A stretch of DNA of 63,527 bases, filler included, from Olpidium bornovanus S191 (taxonomy: Eukaryota > Fungi > Olpidiomycota): the NCBI GenBank assembly GCA_017911155.1. It is 34 parts of 34 records of this genome, joined end to end, with 100 filler letters (N's around TTAATTAATTAA, not from the genome) between each part and the next. Parts side by side here need not be neighbours in the genome. Positions count along the whole stretch, not along the records: positions 35,824 to 37,895 come from JAEFCI010011282.1; positions 37,996 to 39,362 come from JAEFCI010008622.1; positions 39,463 to 40,971 come from JAEFCI010009297.1; positions 41,072 to 42,470 come from JAEFCI010002725.1; positions 42,571 to 44,840 come from JAEFCI010001588.1; positions 44,941 to 47,142 come from JAEFCI010003139.1; positions 47,243 to 48,422 come from JAEFCI010000645.1; positions 48,523 to 51,725 come from JAEFCI010011606.1; 26 more parts are not named here. One strand, written 5' to 3'. The position numbers and the translations under genes are program-made. Each line of letters starts with the position of its first letter. Within the stretch, counting starts at the first letter, position 1. Shown one piece after another: positions 37,616 through 51,825 of the stretch. The notes under the pieces were generated by a model. That model ran no database searches. It had not been told where the DNA came from and was given only the letters and a program-made list of their open reading frames with translations.

Positions 37616-38755
37616 TGAGAGGGGCGGGGACGGTTATGCTCCGAGGGGGGTTTTTTTTTTCTTTTCATTCCTCACTTGTGGAGAACTCCCATTTCTCTCT
37701 CCCGCCGAACGCCGAACGCCGCCCGCAATTTCCACCGAAAGCCCAGATGACGAAGTGCCCGACTTCGGCGGCGTCCATGCCTGCCGGTCCTCACCAGCAG
37801 CGGCCGCCGGGGGGCCGGCGTCGGCAGTCTCCGCCTTTGTTAGACAACGAGCGGGGAACCTGGGGAAAACAAAGAAAAAGTTAACATTGGATGAANNNNN
37901 NNNNNNNNNNNNNNNNNNNNNNNNNNNNNNNNNNNNNNNTTAATTAATTAANNNNNNNNNNNNNNNNNNNNNNNNNNNNNNNNNNNNNNNNNNNNCATGC
38001 TTCGCTGATGTCCGACGGTCGAGGCCCTTCTGACATCCAAAAACAGCGGCCGGCTTGAGCCCGTGGCCCTCTCCAATTGCCCGGGTTCTGTGTTTGCTTC
38101 GCGTTTGTTCCCTAGCATCTCCCTGTGTGCAACCTTATCGCTGCATTGGTTGCCTTGTCCACAATATTAATGTGATTTTTATTAGGTTGCGCTGTCTAGT
38201 CTAATTTATTATGGAAGCAATTCTCAGATGGGCGCCTTTTTAACCATATGGTAACTTGTAATTTGTGATGATAAAGTATTCTGTTCCTTAAGTAGCGCTT
38301 GCCATCACCTGCTAGCCTACCATCACTTAATCCGTGGTTTGCCATCACCGTGCGCTCTCAAGCTTTCTCTACGCCCTATTAAGAGAAGTGTGATCGGCCG
38401 CATGCGCTTTATGGAATATCCAGCCAATTCAAAATCTGACCTGCCAGTTTTCACCAGTTCATTTTGGCCAATATGTGCACGCCGCGGGACTTCCTGAATT
38501 CTTGTGCGTGCGATCACACTAGGAGCACAGCGCACTTCTCTCGTTTTGCAGTGGCATCGTGCAAATTACATATTTTACGTTATGCAAAAATATGTTGTAA
38601 AAGACATCACCGCCTTCCGTTTGCCGTACGCTTATACACGACTGCTGTTCTAATCTGCTCTGATCTGCTGCTCTAATTTAGTGCATTTATGGATGGTAAC
38701 AGCTGTGATGGATAATGGCGGGCAGCGTTGGAGTGTGGCGAACGGGAAAAAAACG

Positions 38756-38848
38756 GACGGAAACTCGAGACGGACGTCAAGTACTGTGGAATGTGACGAA
38801 ATGGAGAAAAAATGACGGAAACTCGGGGCGGTCGTCAAGTGCTGTGGA
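38756..38848 (+). repeat. 35-bp imperfect direct repeat, 2 copies, period 58
   Basis: GACGGAAACTCGAGACGGACGTCAAGTACTGTGGA (38756-38790) vs GACGGAAACTCGGGGCGGTCGTCAAGTGCTGTGGA (38814-38848), 4 mismatches. Confidence 0.8.
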
Positions 38849-39462
38849 GTCAAGTTTTTCGCCTCTTTTTATCATATTTCCGGCATGTAGTCGACGCCGC
38901 CAAGAGCTAGCTTTTTAGGTAAGATTCATTTCTCGGGATTAGGGCAACTAATAAAGAGGTAGAAGGCGGAGGGCAAAGTCGGCGAAGAGGCGAAGAGGCA
39001 AGCGAGTTTTCTGAACGAGCGGGAAAAAGGGGGCTTTGACGGCAAAACAGCGTGCGCGCCGCTTCCGGGGGGAAATGTCTGGCTCTGGGGTGGAGAACAA
39101 GGGGAAGAGCCCGAGTCACGTGATCCGGGGTGGCACGGGAGGTAATGACGGAGGGGGAAAGAGGGGGAAAGGGGAAGTTAGGAAGGCTGAGGCAGGTGAG
39201 GAATAAAAAAAAGGCACAAAGTCGTCTTCCTCCTCCTCCCTCCATGTCAGCCGAAGCTCGTTCTTTTCCATTTTTCTTTTTTCTTTTCTTTTTGCCGGTC
39301 TAAAAGGGCCCCCCATCCCGCCGTCGCCACCCCGCTTCCTCCCTACAGAGGGAAAGAGAGAGNNNNNNNNNNNNNNNNNNNNNNNNNNNNNNNNNNNNNN
39401 NNNNNNTTAATTAATTAANNNNNNNNNNNNNNNNNNNNNNNNNNNNNNNNNNNNNNNNNNNN

Positions 39463-40971
39463 CATGGTCAGCGGGAGGTGGGCTCCGTACACCGCACCAA
39501 CCAAAGAACCAGCTCCCCGGCTCAGATTGGGAACGTACGTCGCGACCGACGACGAACTCAAGCGCGGCTTCGATTTACCGGAAGCCGTCGAAGCCGCGGA
39601 GGCCGTCGAGCTCCTGCGGGAATCAACCTGTATCGTTCTCGGTGTTTCCGGATAGGTGGGCTGCACGGGGATGAACACCCGCTCCGGTGGTCGGAAGAAG
39701 CGCCCGACGCCCATGAACACAAGCACCGAAAGCAACAGAACCAACTGAACCAGACCGAGCTTTTTCTCAAACGCCACCTCCTCCGCAAGCAATTCCAACT
39801 TTGAGTCGAGAGCCCTGAGCTCCTTTTTGTGCTTCTTCTTATGGTTTTCTAGCTCTTCCCAATACTGCTTGAACTTACGGTTCTGTCACGCAACAACGAA
39901 CGACTGTGGATTTCGGAAACCAGGTTCGCAGAACAGTTCCCTGCAAATCCAGAGCAGTTTGTCCCACCCACCATGTTCTCGGCATTCCACACCGCCGTCC
40001 TGTTTACTTGGGCAATGACCGCTGACAACTGAGTCCGCTGGGCTTTCTCGAGCATCTGCAACGCGCCGCTGAACGACTTCGACTGCTCCTGTAGGTGGAT
40101 GTGTGCGACCGTAGCGTTGTGCTCGACGGCGGCCAGCCGTTTCATTATCGTCTTAAATATGCTCTCCTGTGCAACGGTGCTGGCGGTGCCAGCGTAAGGT
40201 CGCGGAGAAGTAGCACCACCGCCGCCTTGCCCGGAAACAGGGAGCGTATCCGGATGCTCGGGCGTGGAAAGGGGAGTTCCGGCTGCAATCGCCGAAATGC
40301 GAGCCTCCTCGGTGGAGGCAGCGGAGGGCGACTCCCTTGCCATTTGCGTGACGTCGAAGCAGATCCCGTATTCCTCTGAATTGCTGTCATCGCGCTCCGA
40401 CTGCCCTGGGACTCCAGTGCTTTCTGCCGGGGATCCAACTGGTTGGGTGGCAAACGGATCCAGGTTGCTGGGACACATTCCCTCACCGGTGGGCGTTTCC
40501 ATATCGGAAAAGTCGGGGAAAAATCTGTCCATATTGAGCGGGGGAATGCCCATCTCCACGACGAATTTACTCGGGTCGACCATATACGTTAGGGGAGTCT
40601 CGAGGACAGGGCTGGGCATAGCACGCACGTCAGGCATGCGGATCGTCTTATCCCCGGAGGACGCCACGTGAATATCCTCCGAACGGTGGTCCTCGACCTC
40701 CTTCTTGTACTGTTCCATCATCGTCGTTCCGTGAACTCGGACCAAACTCACGGGGCAGTAGTACTCGTTACCATAATGCGAATTAAAGTCAATTCTGATG
40801 TAGCGTGCAAAGATCGTTGGATGCTCGATAGTAAATAGCTAATGCCGCCGCGAGAAGTTGGGAAAGAGTGAGTGGTTGAGAGAAACCGTCAGGAAACACA
40901 GTCCTAGACAATCTGATTCCAAACGCCTGAATTCATCCTGACCTGGAGGTCTCTGGAATTCTTGGCGCGAA
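39463..40971 (-). CDS. SLP1: Mid-SUN-domain protein Slp1/SUCO, partial
   Basis: RAKNSRDLQ-LFTIEHPTIFARYIRIDFNSHYGNEYYCPVSLVRVHGTTMMEQYK; QESIFKTIMKRLAAVEHNAT; LAEEVAFEKKLGLVQLVLLL (TM). Confidence 0.92.
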
Positions 40972-41071
40972 NNNNNNNNNNNNNNNNNNNNNNNNNNNNN
41001 NNNNNNNNNNNNNNNTTAATTAATTAANNNNNNNNNNNNNNNNNNNNNNNNNNNNNNNNNNNNNNNNNNNN

Positions 41072-42470
41072 CATGCTGGAGTGCATCACGAATCTGAAAA
41101 ACAATAAAGTCAGAGTCTCTAATGTGGCCGGCGGCACTACCTCCGAAGCATCAGCGAAGATGAGGAAATTTCTCTCGGGAATGGACCGGAAACGTCAATG
41201 TATCTATTGTCGCTTTTGTTTTTTCTACCTGTGCGTGCTGTTTCTCGGTGAGTTCTTACACTTAGCTCTCTACGTGTCCCGTACAGCTCTGGCGGCTGGC
41301 GCCCTCCGCGTATCACTGTCGGACATTCATTCCGTCGAAACCAAGGGCAAGTGGTGGCTCGTTGGCGCGTCCTGGGCCGGCAGGGACGACGAGACGCGCG
41401 AGAAGGAGATGGCTGAAAGAAAAGCTTGGGAGGCGGCCGAGAAAGCGGCGGCGAAGGCGAACGAAGATCTCCTGAGGCTTGCGCGCGCCCAGAGGATGAA
41501 TACGGATGTTCGGAGGGCCGTGTTCGTCGCGATCATGTCAGCAGAGGATTATGCGGACGCGCTGGAGAAACTTGGCAAGCTCGGACTCTCGGATGTCCAG
41601 GAGCGGGAGATTGTCCGAGTGCTCCTGCACTGCTGCGGGGCGGTGAGCGAGGGGAGACAGGAGACTCTTGCGTTGTTGATTTTTTTTTTTTTTTTTTACG
41701 TCTGCCTTTGCCGCTGGTTGTTGATTTTCTACGTCTGTGGTTGCCGCACCTGTCTGACTGTGCGGCCCGCGATTTGGACATGCAGGAGAAAACCCGCAAC
41801 CCTTACTACACCTACCTGGCGTCCCGACTCTGCCGCATGAAACATTCTCATCGCGTGACTTTCCAGTACTCCCTGTGGGATTTCATGCGGCAGTTGGGGG
41901 AACAGGATGTGGGGGCCCTGGAATCGGCGTTGAACGGGACGTCAGCGAGTACGGAGCCGGTGCCTTTGAGGAGGAGCCTTAATCTGGCACGACTTTACGC
42001 CGCATTAGTCGCGGAAGGAGACCTTGGTCTCGTCGTTCTAAAGGTGCGCAAATGGCCCTGACCTCTCTCACATTGGACCCCACCCTCATCCTCCCTTATT
42101 GTCGCCTGCTATAATCGCGTTTTTTTAGACTCTCCCCTTTGAGCGCCTGGGCACGCCTGCGCGCCTGTTCCTGCAATGCTTCTTCGCGACGCTATTTGCC
42201 GCGTGCGGCGAGATCTCGCCGGAAGGCAGCGCCGCAAACTCTGTATCAAAACGACATCGCGACCCCGCCGAGGCCGCCGTCGCGTCCGTGTTCTCCCGGT
42301 GCGCCGCTGCCCACGCGATAACCGCCCAGGGGTGCCTGCTGTTCCTCCACATGCACGTGCGATCGGGAAATGAGTTCCTGAAAACCGACGAGGAGTGCAA
42401 GAGGGCTAAGAGGCTGGTCGCCGTAGCCAAGGAGGCGGTCAAGCGAGCCGAGGCCGAGACGCACGGCGCG
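41072..42470 (+). CDS. SGD1: Nucleolar MIF4G/MA3 protein Sgd1/NOM1, C-terminal part
   Basis: MLECITNLKNNK, SVETKGKWWLVGASW, LARAQRMNTDVRRAVFVAIMSAEDY, QEREIVRVLLHCCGA-EKTRNPYY. Confidence 0.93.
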
Positions 42471-43463
42471 NNNNNNNNNNNNNNNNNNNNNNNNNNNNNN
42501 NNNNNNNNNNNNNNTTAATTAATTAANNNNNNNNNNNNNNNNNNNNNNNNNNNNNNNNNNNNNNNNNNNNCACAGTTTCCATCGACTACGCGAAGTGCTC
42601 GAAGTTTTTTTACGTCAATCAGCTGTGGGAGCTGTGCACTTAAACACTCCGCGCTGGGGTCCCGGCCAGTTCCGAGTGAGTTTCGCGCATGAAGACGGGC
42701 AAAGTTTACTGCCAAGCCAACTGATATCCCGCTTATTTGGCGGAAGCTGGGCGCGGTGCGACAGCCGGCGGAAACCAAAGCGAACCGGCGCTGGAAGTTT
42801 AGTCATGCGGAAACGCATGTCGTGCCGGTCTTTCGCACTGCGAAACGTCTTTTCAGGCGTCCCATGCCGTAACTTGAGCCTGACCCCTCGCTGGTCCGCA
42901 GATGGAGGATTTGCGCGGATGTTGTCCTTAACGGGGCCTGCGGAAGCATACCGTGTAGACAATCGGGTCTACTTTTTGCGGACGGGCATTAAAATGGATG
43001 AAAATCGTATTGTCGCCTGTCACGGCTTCGGCCGCTCGAGGGAGGCGAAACGCGGCGAGGTGCGCCGCGGGCCGTTGGCACCCGCGCAGCGAGAAGATGG
43101 GAGAAGGCAGTTCAGCGGCGCTGGAAGGAGCGGCGCGCAAGAAGGCCAAGCCAGTGTAGGAATGATGGACGCTGCAGACTTCGGACGTTTGAAAGGATTG
43201 AAATTAGACGCTGCCGCCCGGCGTCGTTCGACCGTCCTGCCAAGAGGCCCACACCCCCGGGCGCCACCGCCGCACAGGTGCGCCGAACTCCAGCGCGGTG
43301 TGTTAGCGACGAACCACTTCGTCTCACCGTCCTTCGGAAGCGGAAAGCAGGGACGCGAACGATCCGAAATCTGCGAGCTGCAGGAAACGTTTATATTACA
43401 TTTTTGTCGCGCAGATACTCGTGCGCCCCATTGACCACCCTGCCGGTAAAGCCTCCGTATAAC

Positions 43464-44839
<1,376 letters not shown>

Positions 44840-45133
44840 GNNNNNNNNNNNNNNNNNNNNNNNNNNNNNNNNNNNNNNNNNNNNTTAATTAATTAANNNN
44901 NNNNNNNNNNNNNNNNNNNNNNNNNNNNNNNNNNNNNNNNGGGGGGGCCCCCCCCCGGCCCCCCCCCCCCCTCCCGGCCTCCCGGCCTCCCGCTGCCACC
45001 TTTACCGCCCCCTGCGGCCGCAGTTGCAGCGGAGCGCGGGGGCTTACAGGCGGGCATAATGGGCCGTCCGCCGACACTTGTACCCCCACCGCGTCCTCTT
45101 GCGTTTTGCCCCGCCCCGCTCACCTCGCCCCAG

Positions 45134-47040
45134 AACGAGCGGAGCGCGAGTACCAGGAATGCCTCGCGTACCTCGAACAGATCAAGGTGTCGCACGAGGA
45201 CCACCACAGGCAGACGTGGGAACTGCACCAGAGGGCGAAGGACGTGTCGGACCTGCAGAGCGCGCTCTCGGAAGCCAACACGAGGTTGCTTGCGGAGCGC
45301 CGGCAGCTGCTGGACGTTTTGAGGGAGAACGACGAGCTAAAAGGTAAGCGAGCCCGGGGGCCGCTCGCTTCGCGGGAGTGGCCGGACGCGTGGGCTTGCG
45401 CGGCTTGCACGGAGCCCCCGTTGTTTTTTCTTCTTTTTTTATTCTCCTCTGATTTGTTTGTTCCCGCCCTCCGGCTCGACCGGTAACGCGCACGCCGGTC
45501 TGCAACCGCCGCGGATCTGTGCCCAGTGAAGGAGCTCAACGACCGCCGAAAGATCAGGTACCTTCTCACCCAGGTGAAGCCGCCGGACGACGAGACGACG
45601 TACTTCAAGGAGAGGCTGCACAAGCGGTTCGTGAAGACCGCGGAGCAGGAAGAGCGTGCGCCTGATATCTACACCGTCGTTCTGGACGGGGCCTCGGTCG
45701 GCAGAGACGCGAAGAGACGGAGAGTCGGGGACCCCGGAGGAGAGCTCGGTCGCCGGGACCCTGCCGCGGAAGCGCCGGGCGCGCAGACGGTTGACGAGGA
45801 AACGCTTGTGCCGCCGGGACCCTCTTCAGGAGCCGCGCCGGCGGGCGGACACGGCGCCGGGGGTCCCGAAGGCGGGAGCCGGTCCGGCATACCGAGAACG
45901 CAGCGACAGGTGCGCGTTTCGCGGATGACGCAAAAATCCGGCGCCGGAAGTTCCGGGTCGCCGTTACCCGCCTCCGTGCGCGCCGCGCAGCCCGGGGGCG
46001 GCGGGGCCCGTGCCGGAAGCTCCGGTTCGCAGTTACCCGCCTTCGCGCGCGCCTCGCACCCGGGGGGCGGCGGGGCCCCGCCGTTTCCGTCGCATAGGGC
46101 CGCGACGTCGTCGCGACCGGCGTCGGCTCCGTCACCGACGCGGGGTTCGAAGACCGCCCCGGCAAACGCCCACCGCCCGGCCGCCCGCTCCGTCGCGGAC
46201 GACGATGAAGACGAATACGCGAGCGAGGGTTCTGACCTGTACGACGCGCGGGAGGAGATAGATCATCTCAAACTCACAGTCAAGGCCCTGAGGGCTCAGC
46301 TGGCGGAACAGGTATCCGTCGGCGCCGAACGCCCGGCAGCGCTGCGGCTGTCACGGTCGAGTCTTGCCTCCTAAGGTCGAATTTCGCTTCCCTCGCCTGC
46401 CGCGCTATGGCTCCGCCAGAAAACCCTTCTCGAAGACACCGTCAACGCGTACGCTCAGGACCGGCAGGCCCGACAGGAAGAGGAAGCCGCACGGAAAAGG
46501 AACGACGCCGCCAAAATCGAGGAGCACATCGAGAAAGTCGCGAAACTGCGGACTTTTTGCCGCGATAACACGCGAGGTGGGGGCTTTTTCGCCGTCTTTT
46601 TACGTTTCCCCTGTGTCCCGGGAGAGGGGAGGTGGGGGAGAGCTTCGCGGCTCGTTGGAGGGGAGGATGTGATACGGCCGTTCATTGAACACGGGGCGCC
46701 CGTCACACTTTATATTTTCCAGAGCTCGTGCGAACCAAGCACGCCCTGCAAGCGGCCGAGCGAAAGTATCGGGAAGAAAAGGCGAAGCTGACCGAGGAGG
46801 TCGCGGAGCTTTCCAGGAAACTCACGGAGGAGAGGGGACGGAACGACACCGTCGAGACCGTACGTCACGGCGGATTGGTGTGTCGGTGCGCTTCGGCGAC
46901 TCCTCTCAGCCGTCGTGTCCGTCCGCGTCTCCGATCACCAGGCCGTCGAGGTCCGCGTGAGCAAAAAGTCTGAGAATCTCGTGGCGGAGCTGCGCTACCA
47001 GCTGGGGAAGAGCGAGGAGGACATGATTATTTTTTCGTGG
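45134..47040 (+). CDS. CCDC77: Coiled-coil domain-containing protein 77 (centriolar), partial
   Basis: IKVSHEDHHRQTWELHQRAKDVSDLQSALSEANTRLLAERRQLLDVLRENDELK-VKELNDRRKIRYLL...ETTYFKE and LTVKALRAQLAEQ parallel the CCDC77 pattern WELQQR..I..LQ.ALS....L..ER..L....END.L.I.ELED.KKI..LL. Confidence 0.75.
45943..46080 (+). repeat. 69-bp in-frame tandem duplication inside a CCDC77 exon
   Basis: AGSSGSPLPASVRAAQPGGGGAR / AGSSGSQLPAFARASHPGGGGAP, copies start at 45943 and 46012. Confidence 0.85.
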
Positions 47041-47242
47041 TCAGAACCTTCGTCGCAAAATCGCACCCGGCGAGCGCCTCAAGCTGGTTGCTTCCCCGGT
47101 AGTGGAAGCCGCGAGGGTCGTGGATGTTCTCGAGTCCAACGANNNNNNNNNNNNNNNNNNNNNNNNNNNNNNNNNNNNNNNNNNNNTTAATTAATTAANN
47201 NNNNNNNNNNNNNNNNNNNNNNNNNNNNNNNNNNNNNNNNNN

Positions 47243-48077
47243 GTCTGAAGAACGAGGGCCGTATACGACGTGATGTTGGGCGCGCAACGATTCAAAACTA
47301 AAACCTCCATCAGAATGCCGTTAACATCTTTTATTCCCCCTCCTTCCCCCCTCTCAACCATGCGTTTGAAATCAACAAACCAACCGGAGACGCTCGATAT
47401 CGCGGGCATGCACGCCCGCCGCTGGAGCTGGTCCTTCAGGTCCGGCGGGTTACTGGACGCCGTGACGCCGTACTGGCAGACGACGTTTCCGTCCCTGAAA
47501 TCTTTGTCCGGACAGGCCGCCACGCACACCCGCAGGGAGTCCGACGCTCCGGGCTCGAAGTAATAGAGGTATGGCAGGTTGGTTGCGTCGACCCCGTCGT
47601 TCGGCGACCCGCACAGGTTTCCGTAACTGTCTGTGCCGTAGCGCAATCTGAGAATTTTTTTTTTTTTTTGCGGGGAACAGGGGGAAGAGAACGCCAGGAC
47701 AATCGTTAAATTCCTCCATTTCCCGTAAATTTTTTTTTGTTGTTTGTTGGGGGGTCGGGGAGCGGAAGAGTGAGGGGACGGAAAGGAGGAGGAAAGCACC
47801 ACATGGAGAAATGAGCGGGCAAGGGCGAGCCGGTGGGGGCGGGGACGGGGCAGGGCACGGGCGGCGCACACCTGTTGACGTCACCGCCGCGAATGGCGAA
47901 TCCGGCGATGACCAGCATGCCGACCCAGAAGAGGGCGAACAGGATCAGCCAGAAGACGTCCTGGCACTTGCGCCGGTCTTGGGGCCCGGGCTCCTCTTTG
48001 TAATCGGGCGTCCCGTCCCATTTCTGCTTCGCCGCCTGGCTTTCGACCTCGGGGTCGACCTGGCTGCTGCGCACCAT
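47243..48077 (-). CDS. Choline transporter-like (CTL/SLC44) protein, N-terminal exons
   Basis: DRRKCQDVFWLILFALFWVGMLVIAGFAIRGGDVNR-LRYGTDSYGNLCG...YLYYF...RVCVAACP. Confidence 0.88.
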
Positions 48078-48225
48078 CTGCTTTTTTTTTTTTTTTTTTT
48101 TTTTCTTTTTCGGCGCAAAACGCTGCGCCCCGAAACCTTTTTACCGCCCTTCCTCAGCCGTTTTGAGGGGGAAAAGTCGCAAATGCGGCGGGATTTTCAG
48201 GGGGCGATGCGTGCGTCCGTGCGTG

Positions 48226-48258
<33 letters not shown>

Positions 48259-48371
48259 TCGCGCGCGCGTACCTGCGATGCGTTCGTGCCGTGCGTGCGG
48301 GTGTGGAAAGAAGGGGGGTTGGCGCGTTCAAATTGCGCACCGGGAAAGAGGGGGGGGGGGGGTTGGGGGGG

Positions 48372-48413
<42 letters not shown>

Positions 48414-48897
48414 CGGTTAAAANNNNNNNNNNNNNNNNNNNNNNNNNNNNNNNNNNNNNNNNNNNNTTAATTAATTAANNNNNNNNNNNNNNNNNNNNNN
48501 NNNNNNNNNNNNNNNNNNNNNNAATTGCTGGTATTCTTTTTTTTTCATTTTTGTGGCCGGAGGTTTTTGTTGCCCGACATATCCTAAAATGTCAGCGTCC
48601 AGCGTGGCGTCTACTTGCTGTGATGTGTAAATGCTTTCCATGATTGCGATATCCCGTTATACCCATCGTTCTACGCCCTGCTCTCAACCGTATGCCCGCA
48701 CCCAACCAACACTCTTACAACGAAACAATGATGTTCACGGAACAGCGGCAATCGTTACAACGGCGGTGCTGGCGATGGCAGAAGAGGTATTGCCGCACGC
48801 AAAATTTGCCGAGGACATGGCCAAACGGCCGCAGCTTGGTTATTGCCGTGATATCCCGTATAACCGTTTTCTTGTCGAATTACCGACCTCCCGCGGA

Positions 48898-50883
48898 CTA
48901 TTCTCCCTTCGCCTTCTTCGCGTCAGGTTGTTTCTCGGCATCAGCCTCCACCTTTCGCTTGCCGTTACTGACGGCGCCCTCTACAGCGGTATTCACGGAA
49001 TCATCCGCATTTGCATCCGTCAATGCAGGAACATTATCAACCGCCTCGGCCTCGTTCCTTCTGCCACACCCCCGGCCCCTGCCCCTCTTCGGGCCATGGC
49101 CGCGTCCTCCCCTTTTGCCACTTTGGCCTCTCTTGGCGGTCAGGTTGCGCTTCTTGTACCAGAGGTCCTCAAAGCCCTCCTCTAAGCAGCACCATCGGTC
49201 GTGGCAGAATTCAACGTGAGAACTCAGGCGACGCTTGCATAAGCCAAAAGGTCATTCGATTGAAACTCACCAAATTCCGTAAATTCGACCTTTTCGCTTT
49301 CGATGGTGGCGCCTGAATCTTTGAACTGCTCCAAGAGCTTGTTGACCTCCGGGCTCTGCAGCTGGCACACGCCAGTCGTTTCAGAACCCTCGTCGAAGGA
49401 AATGAATCGGACCTGGTAGCCATCTCTGCGGAGCGCGCTCTTGATAGCGGACCACGTGACGCCAGCACCCGCCGGGCATGTAAAACGAACAAGGCACCCG
49501 GGGACATAAGACGGGGTCGGTGCGGCATCCGGCTTCCTGCTCTTCTGCTTCCTGCCATTGCCGCCCTTTCCGGCATCCAGCTCTCGCTGGCGCAATAGTC
49601 GAAAGGCATTGAATGGCCTATTGAAATTTCCCGCATTCCGGTTCTCCTTCGTTATCCCCTTCTCCTTCATCTTCATGTTGCAATAGTCCTCTCTGACGAG
49701 CAACAAATGAACAAACACAAGAAAGCGTGAGCGCAGCCATTGAAGCAGGAGGTAGCAGTAAAAGTGGTACGAACTTGGCCATTACGGTCAGTTTGTGACC
49801 GTTGAATTCCAGATCCTTTTGGTTGAGCAGCATTGTCATGCCATCCATGGTGCTGAACTCAACGAAGACGGATCCCTGCAGGAGAAGGTTGCACCTTAGC
49901 CATCTACCTCTTTGTATCACCTCACTTGCCCCGCGGCGCACCTGAGAACGGCGAGCAAACGTAAGCACAAACCTTAAACACCTTCCCTTCGGTACGTCGA
50001 AACCGCACTTCGTTGACTTCGCCGAACTTGGGAAAGAAGTCGTCGAGCTCGTCCTGAAGGCTTTCCGTCTCCTCCGGGAATCATTTCTGCAAAGGCGTGA
50101 GAAAATGACCGCAGTATAAATACGAACCTATGGTTTATCCAAATGCACGCCATACGCAGGCGACTCTTCATCAGATTCCGCCCACTCGCTTTAAACACTC
50201 ACGACATAGACGGACCGCTCCATGCCGCCGAAGGTCTGAACAAGAGGGGTCTTCCTGCGGACTTTGGAGTTATCCTCGTTGACCTCAAGAAGGCTGGGAC
50301 TCTCGCGCAAAGCTTCAACAATCTCGGCGCGTTCTGTCCAGCGGCGCATGCGTTTGAAAGTGCAAATTAAGTCGATTGGGATCCAGTGCTCCGGGTCGGC
50401 TTCATACTGGTTAAAAAGGAATTCGTCCTTGGCTAGGTTGACGCCAAGGTAGAACTCAACCTGGCGCAGGATCATTCTCTTCCGCTTGGCCGGGTCCGCA
50501 GGGACTGTCGACGGTCCGGGCACTACCGGGCCAGGGGGCCCCTTATATTTCTCGGACTGGACTGCAGGGATGGACTCGACTTTCGGAATCTCTTCACCAC
50601 CGGCGGACTTCTTGCCCTGATTCAACTCAGCAGGGGAATTTCCCTCCCTCCCGTCGACGCTCTTCACCTCTCCTCCTGACGCGTCGTTCTCGCTGCCTGG
50701 GCCTTTCTCGACCTGATCCGTCTCACCGGGGGTCTTTCCATTCCCTTCGTCTGCCTTCTGGGCCTCTCCTCCTGACATATCCATCAAATCGGCGGCGGTT
50801 TCAATAACCTCTCCCGGCTGGGCTTTGCCAGCGAGTGCCTGGTCGGCGATGACCGCCTCCTGCGGGATATCTTCAGCTAGCAT
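48898..50883 (-). CDS. LHP1: La protein (La motif + RRM1 + RRM2 + basic/RGG tail)
   Basis: ILRQVEFYLGVNLAKDEFL..WIPIDLICTFKRMR..LLEVNEDNSKVRRKTP (LAM); ERSVYV-KGFP..FK-GSVFVEF (RRM1); GCLVRF..VRFISFDEGSETTG (RRM2); KRK..AKKAK NLS-like end. Start at 50883 is tentative. Confidence 0.87.
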
Positions 50884-51825
50884 TGACGCAGAAAGCTCTA
50901 TGTGTCTTGCAACTTGAACAAAAGGATTACAATGACGCTGGTAAACAAAAATCGAAAGAAGAAACGAGCCAGGGTGTGAGTTGAAGTCGTCTTGGGCCGC
51001 AGATACAAAAAAGAAGGCCTCTATGGGAGAGGGGCGTACGACCGCGCCCAGCACGTCGCAAAGGGAAACCGAAGGATGGGGGGATGCAAAAAACCCACCT
51101 TAGGAGAGTGGCGCGAGGCTTGAGATGCGCGGACCGACACGAAACGGAAGAAGTCCGCAGCGAGTCTAAATCTGCAGCAGCGGAGTCGGCGGGCCGGAGG
51201 AGGGCGGGGCGGCTGACTCGGGACGGAGGGCGGGAAGAGGTCGCACCGTCGTTTCCTGGATTTTTTTTTTTTTCTGGTGTTTGTTTTTCTTTTATGCCAC
51301 CCGAACTTCCCCCCTTCCCCTTTCTGGGGAGCGTCCCCTTCACCGCTCGCGCCCCCTGCCCCCCTTTCTCCCCCCTAAGCCCCTCACCCCCGATTACCGT
51401 CAACCGCGAGGCCGACACACGCAGGGCGCCCGAAACGCACTTGTCAGATTCTCCAGATACACCAGGTAATTTGCAAACTCACTGCGTCCGTAGCTCTTCA
51501 GTTCTGAATGGATTCACGTCTGAACATCAGTCAAGAGGCTTCAAATTTTTCGAGTGCCGGGAGGAAGGTGTAACCGAGGGAGATGTTCATTCAGGAGTGG
51601 CTCTCATGGGTTTGCAGTCGTTTTGGAGTTTGTTTGGAGTTGTGAAGGGGGCGAAAGTGCTTTCTCGTGAGAGTGCTTTCCAGTGGGCTGGCCGTTATAG
51701 GTGTGCGACTGATGTGTGAGCCCCGNNNNNNNNNNNNNNNNNNNNNNNNNNNNNNNNNNNNNNNNNNNNTTAATTAATTAANNNNNNNNNNNNNNNNNNN
51801 NNNNNNNNNNNNNNNNNNNNNNNNN

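Noticed and set aside
42571-42642. Short GC3-rich frame TVSIDYAKCSKFFYVNQLWELCT* at a contig start
   Set aside because: Plausibly a last exon, but too short to support a call.
46312-46319. GTATCCGT donor (and GTATCT at 41200) as possible U12-type introns
   Set aside because: Neither matches the full GTATCCTT consensus and no TTCCTTAAC-type branch site was found; treated as U2 introns.
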